A stretch of DNA of 64,000 bases from a virus (Duplodnaviria > Caudoviricetes): the IMG/VR virus record IMGVR_UViG_3300044712_000363, positions 2,066-66,065 of that record; one strand, 5' to 3'. Under the pieces are notes generated by a model that was given only the letters and a program-made list of their open reading frames with translations, was not told the DNA's origin and searched no databases. Every line of letters begins with the position of its first letter. The stretch's first letter is position 1. Of this stretch, positions 57,177 through 64,000 are shown piece by piece. Both the position numbers and the translations under genes were made by a program.

Positions 57177-57494
57177 TTAAGCGAATTGTTCCCCGTTCCA
57201 TAAATCCCATAATGGACTGTAATTATGCCGTGCGCGTTCGGGCGGGCTTTCGTGTGAGGATTCTTTATATTCCGTCCAATTGTCATCCAGCCAATAGTGG
57301 TTTAGGATTCCTTTGTAAGGGTCGCTTTTTAGTGTAGTTTTACTTATATAAAAAATATGATCATCGGTAACGGCGGTAATTTCTATAACACTTGTGGTAT
57401 AACTACCATCTTCACCGTAATTTGTTTTTGCCGGTCTAGTCCTCAAAACTTTCTTGCCGATCAAATCCGAAGCTTTCATAATCTCCCTCCTCAA
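57177..57494 (-). CDS. hypothetical protein
   Basis: About 100 aa with GGAGG RBS. Confidence 0.6.
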   Translation of the reverse strand: MRREIMKASDLIGKKVLRTRPAKTNYGEDGSYTTSVIEITAVTDDHIFYISKTTLKSDPYKGILNHYWLDDNWTEYKESSHESPPERARHNYSPLWDLWNGEQFA

Positions 57495-57529
57495 AATTAG
57501 GGGCCGAGGTTAGCGGCCCCGTGAATTGG

Positions 57530-57958
57530 TTAAATAAATATCATGTTACCTTCCTGATGGCAAACATTGTCGTCAGAAAGCATCTGAAACCACTCTTCCC
57601 TTGTCGCCTTATATGGGCCAAATGTGGTGGCATTATCCTCACACCATTCACAAAGTTCTTCTAATGTTGAAAATACTGGCGATACAGGGCTTCCTTCTGA
57701 TGTGTTTTCCCAAAGCTGATAACCTTCGCCCTCTGGTGGTTCAACCGGCAATAAAGGCAAATTGTAAAACTTCTCAAAATTTGGGCATCCATCATCAATG
57801 ATTTCAATACCTTTTATTCGGGCATATGCTTTGCACCCGTTACATCCGGCAGAATATTCCGAATGGCAAAAATTGAAATATCTATCGTAATATCCGTACC
57901 AAACGGTTTTTAAAGGATAATTAAAATCCAGAGGCACTCTTTTTAATAAGCGGCCCAT
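57530..57958 (-). CDS. hypothetical phage protein
   Basis: KRVPLDF.YP, GYQLWE.TSEGSP.SPVF. Confidence 0.7.
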   Translation of the reverse strand: MGRLLKRVPLDFNYPLKTVWYGYYDRYFNFCHSEYSAGCNGCKAYARIKGIEIIDDGCPNFEKFYNLPLLPVEPPEGEGYQLWENTSEGSPVSPVFSTLEELCEWCEDNATTFGPYKATREEWFQMLSDDNVCHQEGNMIFI

Positions 57959-57959
57959 A

Positions 57960-58229
57960 TCAATCTCCTTTCTCTTCGCATTCGCAGCAATATTCCCACC
58001 AGATCAAAATCTTGTCGGTCTGTACGTTTGCTCTCCATACCCTCGGTTCACCGGTCAGTCCTTCCCTCTCAAGCCGCGCATGGATTTTGTCCAGGGCTTC
58101 GTCTATTGTTGGGGAAAATACCCTGCCCTGCAGGTAGACCTGAGTTTTATTCTCCTGCGACATAGACGGGTACTCCGCAAATTGCCGCAATCTCCCTTTT
58201 GAACCTTTCGGTGTCTGAGTTATCACCAC
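57960..58229 (-). CDS. hypothetical protein
   Basis: Probable start near 58162 overlapping MBL gene end. Confidence 0.45.
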   Translation of the reverse strand: MVITQTPKGSKGRLRQFAEYPSMSQENKTQVYLQGRVFSPTIDEALDKIHARLEREGLTGEPRVWRANVQTDKILIWWEYCCECEEKGD

Positions 58230-58851
58230 TAAGGTGGATCAGGTGAACTTGGCGTAATTTAGAGAGATCGTTTGCAAGTAGGAATTGCTTACAAGTTTCA
58301 AGGCTGAAATGGCTTTTTATGATCCGGTTTTTTAGTTCTGGTGCCACCGTGCCATTGGCCACATTTTGATTGAGAATATCTAGTGCGTAATTGCACTCGA
58401 TCATGATCACATTCGGACGAGGGATCAGATATTTACAGTAGAACGAATCAGTGATATAAACCAACCTTTCCCCTGCCCTGTTCTCCAAGAGATACCCTAG
58501 GTTATAGACATCATGCTGAAGTTCAAACGGGACCACAGTCCATGTGCCTATCTTGTATCTCTTTTTGGGTTCCACAATATGAACCCGATGCCCAGATACG
58601 TCAATTTCATCCGCCGTAGGTTTGCCCAGATAGACATCTATACCGGCCTTGATTAAATCGGGCGCTGCACGACAGTGATCTAAGTGGGAATGCCCCACCA
58701 ATACTCCGGAAATACCGGATAATTGGAAGTTTAGCTTTTGCCGCAGTAATCGGAATTGCAAACCTGCATCCAGTAGCAGGCGGGTTTCGCCGTCATCAAC
58801 CATATGGGCGTTACCCGCGCTACTGCTGGCTAAAGTATGGATATTGATCAT
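58147..58851 (-). CDS. MBL-fold metallohydrolase/exonuclease
   Basis: ASSS.GN, HSHLDH, HD, TD, IECNY, HLS. Confidence 0.9.
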   Translation of the reverse strand: MINIHTLASSSAGNAHMVDDGETRLLLDAGLQFRLLRQKLNFQLSGISGVLVGHSHLDHCRAAPDLIKAGIDVYLGKPTADEIDVSGHRVHIVEPKKRYKIGTWTVVPFELQHDVYNLGYLLENRAGERLVYITDSFYCKYLIPRPNVIMIECNYALDILNQNVANGTVAPELKNRIIKSHFSLETCKQFLLANDLSKLRQVHLIHLSGDNSDTERFKREIAAICGVPVYVAGE

Positions 58852-59892
58852 CTAAAAACTCGGTCCGTCTGTACCGGTAGCGGGAAGGTCAGGATCAGGC
58901 CATTCAAATTCCTGCGACTTTTCCGGCTCCGGCTGTTTGGTTTCCGGTGCCGGTTTTTTCGATTCTTCCGCCGGCTTCTCTTCCACTACCTCTGCATCAA
59001 TGTCAATTGTCTCCGTATTCGCATTTACCGCAATTTCCTCCGCGACTTCGGCCTCTTTCAAGGACTGCTCCATCTGACTCATGCGAACATAATCGTCGTC
59101 AATCTTCTGGCTGTCAATGGTGATATTGCCATAAGCGGCCCGGTATATGGTTTTATAGCACATTTCGTCGTACCACCCGTCAATGGTTTCCTTGCCGACC
59201 TTTTTGCCGCCTTCCCATTTATCTTTCTCGCCGCCCCAGAATTCCGGACTTGCGTATTTTGGCTTGCGCTTCAGAATGTCTTTTAGGCTGAACACAACCA
59301 GCTTGTTTTTCTCGGGGTTGTTGGTGAAAATGTGGTAATAGAATCCGCCGATGATTTCTCCCCTGTCGAATTCGTTCACGATCTCAAATTCAAAGGTTTC
59401 AACCGGATTATTCCGGTCTTTCTTGATTGATTTAAACCGGTCGTTTTTATAGACCAGTTCCACAATTACGCCGTCGGGAATATCAAGCCCGTATTTTGTG
59501 GCCTTGACTTCAATGCCTCGATACCCTTCGATAAAGGCAAGATCATATTTGCCGGTAGTGTTGTTTTTGTAGGGAATCGGGTGGATGTGGTTCTTCTGCG
59601 CCGGATCAAGACCGATTCTTGCGGCGGAAACGACGTTCCGGGCCAGGAGTTCCATGTTGATATTGTTCCATGTTACAGGCACTGGGTCTTGATTCCGTGT
59701 TTTATTCTGCCGCTTTTCCTCGGCGGTTTTTAAAACAGCATCTATGACAATAAAATAGTTTTGCGCAAGTCGCTTTTGGAACGGTGTAAGCCTTAATTCG
59801 CCGGTTCCAGAAGTAAATTCGGCAGTTACCTTCTGGACAAACCTTTCCGACATGGTAAGTTCTACTTTGGTTGAGACTTTATTTTCAGACAT
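58852..59892 (-). CDS. recT: RecT-family recombinase
   Basis: GLDP, IPY, GYRG, VY.ND.F, EM..KT; acidic tail. Confidence 0.85.
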   Translation of the reverse strand: MSENKVSTKVELTMSERFVQKVTAEFTSGTGELRLTPFQKRLAQNYFIVIDAVLKTAEEKRQNKTRNQDPVPVTWNNINMELLARNVVSAARIGLDPAQKNHIHPIPYKNNTTGKYDLAFIEGYRGIEVKATKYGLDIPDGVIVELVYKNDRFKSIKKDRNNPVETFEFEIVNEFDRGEIIGGFYYHIFTNNPEKNKLVVFSLKDILKRKPKYASPEFWGGEKDKWEGGKKVGKETIDGWYDEMCYKTIYRAAYGNITIDSQKIDDDYVRMSQMEQSLKEAEVAEEIAVNANTETIDIDAEVVEEKPAEESKKPAPETKQPEPEKSQEFEWPDPDLPATGTDGPSF

Positions 59893-59895
59893 GTG

Positions 59896-61884
59896 TTAAA
59901 CAGCCTCCCTCAATTTATTTTCGTCCTCTACTTGGACGACTAACTTACTGTACATTTCCCGGTTCTCCGGCGTGATTTCCGGCTTCACCAACCGTATGAC
60001 CTGTGCATCCATTTCCGGCAGTTCCGACACCGATTCGGCATTATCTACAAACAAAACCGGAGAAAATCCATAATGCTGCGAAAGTGTTTGTATAATGTCC
60101 ATACCCACAATGATTTTGTGACCGGCGTTTAGCCCAGAACTGTAGGGGACGCCGTCATAAATGGTTTCACAACATTCCTCTATGCCCCCATTGATGAGGG
60201 TCGAGAACATTTTGAAGCGGGCCAGTTTGAATTTGCTATTGATCCGTTCTTCAAGAAGATTGACTTTCGCCCGGATAAAGGATTCTGTAAGGTATAGCTC
60301 TGATTCCAACCGTTCGTATTCCGCCGCCAGTGTCTTCTCCTGTTTCTTCAGTTCATCGATCCGCTTCTGTCCGGCAACATAGGTGTCTATCTGGTGGAAT
60401 TGTTTTTCCTTGGCCGTCAGTTCGGTTTCAAGTGCCGTGATTTCAGTCCGTACCGTAGTAATGGCGTCCTGACTATCGGCAGATAGTGCGGAGATTTCTT
60501 TTTGCAGTGCTTCTTTTTCCTCAAATGCCGCCGCATATTCTTGCGAAGGTTCGCCGGGACCGATGGAGTCAATCTCATTTTGCAATGTGCCAGCGGTTTT
60601 GTGTAGTTCGGGAAGTTGATTGTCAAGGAGTGCAATCTGTTTTTCCAACTCCTCATTTGTTGCCACAAGCTTCGCAACCTCGCCCATAATGCCCTTACCC
60701 GCGGCATTGATCTTTTCAAGTTTGTCGGATTTCAGGAGGTTAAAGTCTGCCAGTGCCTTTTGCCTTGCCGTATTCACTTGTTCCTCCGGCAGCGATTGTT
60801 TGCAGGTCGGGCAGGTAAGTTGATCATCATGCGCGAATGCGGTTTTGTTGATCTCGCCATACTGCTCCCGCAACCTTTGGGCCTCGGCTCTCAATCGGGT
60901 AATTTCAGTATCGTTCCGGGTAATGCGACCCTGCTTCAGTTGAATGTCTTGCTCAATGGTGGATATTTGGCCCCGGATGTTGTTCAACTCTGTCCGCTTA
61001 GTCTGTGCCTTGCCCAATGTTTCCGCATGCTGTTTGTTCTGAATATCCAGCAGTTTAGCTTCGATCTGCCGCAGTGCCTTGGTCTTCTCGGCCACTTGAC
61101 CCCCCGATTGAACGCGAGACAGTTCGTTCCGTTTCTCCTGGGTCCGGGACTTTAGTCCTTCGATTTCGGAAATGAGTAGGTTTTCGTCAATACCGGTGAT
61201 GTCAGGCAGTGTGCGGGTGACTTCGTCTATGCGCGGACTAATTTCCTTAATCTCGGCATTTATCTTTGTCCGGCGGGCAGTAATCACTTTCCGGTGATCG
61301 TCAATTGTGCGACCGCCGAGAATAGCAGGAAGCTTTTTCAGGTTTTCGTCGGACGCGATAACGTCCTCGTCGCTAATGTCTCCGCATACGTCCAATAGGA
61401 GTTTCCGGCGCTTTTCCCAATGAAGGTTATTATTGAAATATGTCGGGCTTGTTAGGAGTTTAAAAATCTCCTCTTCGATCATGCTGGCAATAAAAGCCGT
61501 GTAGTCTTTCATCGGTACCGGCACACCGTCAAGGAAATGCTCTACCGTGTGCCCCGTGAATTCTTCCTTGGCCGAACCTCTCTTGCGAGTGTATTTTTCG
61601 CTATAGACCTTCCGCAGAGTGACAAGCCGGCCATTATGCCGCAGGACCGCTTCGCACTCATGGTTTAAATGGTGAAGAGGTTCGCCGTCCGGCCCCAGAG
61701 TTTTTATTTCGAAATCTGCCTTCCCTGCGCTGTCTTTGCCGAACAGCAACCAGGAGAACGCATCGCACTGGGTTGTCTTAAAAGTCGCGTTATCTCCGTA
61801 AACCGATGCGTTATTCCCGTTCGGTTCAAAAGTAAATGATCTACATCCTTTGAAATTGAGTAAACTCAATCTAATTAATTGCAC
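59896..61884 (-). CDS. SMC/Rad50-like AAA ATPase
   Basis: NFKG, GDNATFKTT, long coiled coil with CPTC hook, FVDNAES. Confidence 0.88.
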   Translation of the reverse strand: MQLIRLSLLNFKGCRSFTFEPNGNNASVYGDNATFKTTQCDAFSWLLFGKDSAGKADFEIKTLGPDGEPLHHLNHECEAVLRHNGRLVTLRKVYSEKYTRKRGSAKEEFTGHTVEHFLDGVPVPMKDYTAFIASMIEEEIFKLLTSPTYFNNNLHWEKRRKLLLDVCGDISDEDVIASDENLKKLPAILGGRTIDDHRKVITARRTKINAEIKEISPRIDEVTRTLPDITGIDENLLISEIEGLKSRTQEKRNELSRVQSGGQVAEKTKALRQIEAKLLDIQNKQHAETLGKAQTKRTELNNIRGQISTIEQDIQLKQGRITRNDTEITRLRAEAQRLREQYGEINKTAFAHDDQLTCPTCKQSLPEEQVNTARQKALADFNLLKSDKLEKINAAGKGIMGEVAKLVATNEELEKQIALLDNQLPELHKTAGTLQNEIDSIGPGEPSQEYAAAFEEKEALQKEISALSADSQDAITTVRTEITALETELTAKEKQFHQIDTYVAGQKRIDELKKQEKTLAAEYERLESELYLTESFIRAKVNLLEERINSKFKLARFKMFSTLINGGIEECCETIYDGVPYSSGLNAGHKIIVGMDIIQTLSQHYGFSPVLFVDNAESVSELPEMDAQVIRLVKPEITPENREMYSKLVVQVEDENKLREAV

Positions 61885-62552
61885 TTTGCTTGCCTCCTTA
61901 CTGGCGTAGTTAATGCTTTTCGAACATCCCAGACCTTTAACCTGTATCGCAACAAACTAGAATCCATCCCTAAGATTTCGCACCACTCCGCAAGTGTTTT
62001 TCTTTGGCCTTGAAAGGTTATAAAATGATTTTTACGCGTATTCCTTGCTTGGTCTCTGGCGGGTATCCATTTGCAATTTGACGGTTCATAATTCCCATCT
62101 ACATCCTTGCGCTCAATGGTAAGATGTTCGTCGTAGCCATGACTCATTGCCCAATCATGGAAATTTTTATAATTTTGCCATTCCTCGCACACAGAGATAC
62201 CCCGGCCACCATACCCATCAAAATCACTCGAATTCTGATCAGAACATCTTTGTCTCATACGAATCCAAATACCATATAAGCGGGTCTTCTTTCCGTTTGC
62301 CCCAATAGAAAGGGCATGGGTATAACTCCGTTGTTTAAGTATTTCAATAGCCAGACAACCGCAACTTCGCGTATTTCCGCTTATAAGACTGTTTGCCAGG
62401 ACAGCAACTTCCTGACCACAATCACAACGACATAGCCAAGTGGTTTTCCCACGCCCTTTATTTGGTGCCTGTTCTATCACTGTCAGCCGGCCAAATTTTC
62501 GCCCCGTTAAATCAACGAAATTACTCATAGTTACCTCCTGGTTACCCGCCAT
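61875..62552 (-). CDS. HNH-like homing endonuclease
   Basis: DLTGRKFGRLTV, CRCDCG, SCGC, YGGRGI.VC..W, GNYEPSNC.W. Confidence 0.85.
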   Translation of the reverse strand: MAGNQEVTMSNFVDLTGRKFGRLTVIEQAPNKGRGKTTWLCRCDCGQEVAVLANSLISGNTRSCGCLAIEILKQRSYTHALSIGANGKKTRLYGIWIRMRQRCSDQNSSDFDGYGGRGISVCEEWQNYKNFHDWAMSHGYDEHLTIERKDVDGNYEPSNCKWIPARDQARNTRKNHFITFQGQRKTLAEWCEILGMDSSLLRYRLKVWDVRKALTTPVRRQAKCN

Positions 62553-62612
62553 TGGCGTTTAAGGTAAAGTCCTTTATGCCCATGAAGTTATGCAGACTTA
62601 ATTTCAGAAGTT

Positions 62613-62933
62613 TCACCGTCGACCACCACCCATTATGTCGTCAAGCATGCGTTTGACGCCTCTTTCCATCATTCCATCAATGGTTTCCTTACATCTAACG
62701 GCGACATTCATAAAAAACTCAATGTCACCCGATCCGATTTCGTTCAGGCGCTCCCCTTCGCGGCTATATACCGCAAAGCCGCCGGTAGCGTTAATAATTT
62801 CTGGTTCTTCACCTTCTATTTCAATCGTGATTTTAGCTTTCGCCGGTTCGCCTTCTCTCGTCATGGTTAGGCCACCGACGTCCTCCGCGGCCATCATTTC
62901 TTTTTCGCGCCGTGCCTGAGTAAAAAATTTCAT
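62613..62933 (-). CDS. hypothetical protein
   Basis: 106 aa, AGGAGG RBS. Confidence 0.6.
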   Translation of the reverse strand: MKFFTQARREKEMMAAEDVGGLTMTREGEPAKAKITIEIEGEEPEIINATGGFAVYSREGERLNEIGSGDIEFFMNVAVRCKETIDGMMERGVKRMLDDIMGGGRR

Positions 62934-62961
62934 TGGTTATCCTCCTTAACCCAATTAGTCA

Positions 62962-63342
62962 TTATGCAACATTTCCCCAGACATCTGGGCTAAAATAGTC
63001 CTTCGGGTTATCTCCCAGTTTCCAACACTCAACCATTTCGGTTCTGCCGTCTTCTTTGTAAGTAAGTTCAACGGCAGGCGTGGCCCAAAAACTACTTCCG
63101 TAAACATATGTGTCCTCAAGCTTTATATAACCCGTGTCACTGTTCCAAACTTCACCGGAAGTATGACCCCAATCTTCGGCTAACCCTGCGCTAACAGATT
63201 GTAAGGCGGCTTTGTTTTCTTCGATAAATTGCCGTAATTTATCCCAGTCAATTTGACGGCACCCGCCCTCATATTCTGGTTTTGCCAAGCTAACTGACAA
63301 GCCTTCCCAAAATCCCATATAGCCTTTTACAATGCTTCTCAT
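62962..63342 (-). CDS. hypothetical protein
   Basis: AGL.EDW..T, S.WATP motifs. Confidence 0.65.
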   Translation of the reverse strand: MRSIVKGYMGFWEGLSVSLAKPEYEGGCRQIDWDKLRQFIEENKAALQSVSAGLAEDWGHTSGEVWNSDTGYIKLEDTYVYGSSFWATPAVELTYKEDGRTEMVECWKLGDNPKDYFSPDVWGNVA

Positions 63343-63656
63343 TCTGGTTTTTCCTCCTTAGTCCAATAAACGATTCGTAACTGATCCCCCGGGAAAATTT
63401 CCTTCGGCCTTGCCCATCCGTTTTTCTCCCGGTCCATAAAAACAGTCTCAAAATTATGCTGGTAAATTCCCTCAACAAATTCCCTCGGGTCCCGTCTAGA
63501 ATAGTCGTTTTTAACAATAAACTTCTCGCCAATCGACCATAATGTGTCCCCCGGCAAAACCGTGTAAGTCTCCTCTTTTTGGTGTCCTTGCCATCCAAAC
63601 CCAAGGCATGAGGCCAGGACCACGACTAGGATTATTGCCTTGCATATACCTTGCAT
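63339..63656 (-). CDS. LysM-domain protein with signal/TM
   Basis: YTVLPGDTLWSI...IFPGDQL. Confidence 0.8.
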   Translation of the reverse strand: MQGICKAIILVVVLASCLGFGWQGHQKEETYTVLPGDTLWSIGEKFIVKNDYSRRDPREFVEGIYQHNFETVFMDREKNGWARPKEIFPGDQLRIVYWTKEEKPE

Positions 63657-63871
63657 ACCGTCCCACCCTTTCGCACCGCCAACCGCTTGGCATATAGCCC
63701 CATACCCGCCGATTTAAGCGTACCGTAACTCTCGTGGATGTCGGCTATAGCCAAAAGTGTCCTTGGTTTAAGCTGGGACCAACGCCTATAAAAGAATCGT
63801 TTGGCGAATACATAGCCTCGGCACATTTCCCGGAGTTCTTCTTTGGTTAGTTGGCTGATGGGTTTATTCAT
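63632..63871 (-). CDS. hypothetical protein
   Basis: 79 aa, GAGGAGG RBS. Confidence 0.6.
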   Translation of the reverse strand: MNKPISQLTKEELREMCRGYVFAKRFFYRRWSQLKPRTLLAIADIHESYGTLKSAGMGLYAKRLAVRKGGTVCKVYARQ

Positions 63872-64000
63872 GGAAATCCCTCCTCAAAATAAACGACACC
63901 ATCACAAGCCCGAAACCTATTGATGATGTCGAAGTCTTTACACACACCCGCCTTTCGTATATAATGAAAAGTAACAAAATATTTTTTAACCCTTTTAAAT

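Larger units (their letters stand above)
1..64000. mobile_element. Temperate siphovirus genome (near-complete, apparently excised/circular form)
   Basis: Ordered integrase, replication, packaging, head, tail and lysis modules; no host housekeeping genes; integrase abuts the late-gene end. Confidence 0.95.

Noticed and set aside
1-64000. CRISPR array, tRNA or rRNA genes
   Set aside because: No regularly spaced repeats or cloverleaf/T-loop signatures seen by eye; a tRNAscan/Infernal run would be needed to exclude them fully

Overview
The window is almost all of a temperate siphovirus genome. The host is probably a Firmicute, plausibly a diderm Negativicute, inferred from sigma-A promoters, an AbrB gene, a LexA/DinR-type box, the amidase type and a GTA-type tail tip. 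The 3' end of an XRE repressor, a secreted protein and a large serine integrase lie on + at the left end. The integrase is followed by a 50-bp inverted repeat that looks like attP and then directly by the end of the late region, so the sequence appears to be the excised/circular form. Nearly everything else runs on - from 64 kb downward: early recombination/replication genes, late activator, terminase, portal, MuF, head, neck, tail, GTA-like tail tip, tailspike, lysis cassette, and a separately promoted SNF2-IbrA-GNAT-IbrB operon. The standout is a candidate virion glycosylation system with three parts. (1) A near-complete CMP-nonulosonic (sialic-acid-like) sugar pathway (PseB, LegC-type aminotransferase, NeuA, NeuB, GNAT, NeuC, B12 radical SAM) sits inside the head morphogenesis operon. 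(2) A CstII/Maf-like nonulosonate transferase lies among the capsid decoration genes. (3) Outer virion proteins show a marked excess of Ser-Thr dipeptides, a possible acceptor motif. Smaller finds missing from the ORF track include a mini Tad2-like ORF, an Acr-like moron regulator, a divergent sRNA/membrane peptide pair and the tail chaperone frameshift. All family assignments come from motif recognition by eye, not database searches.
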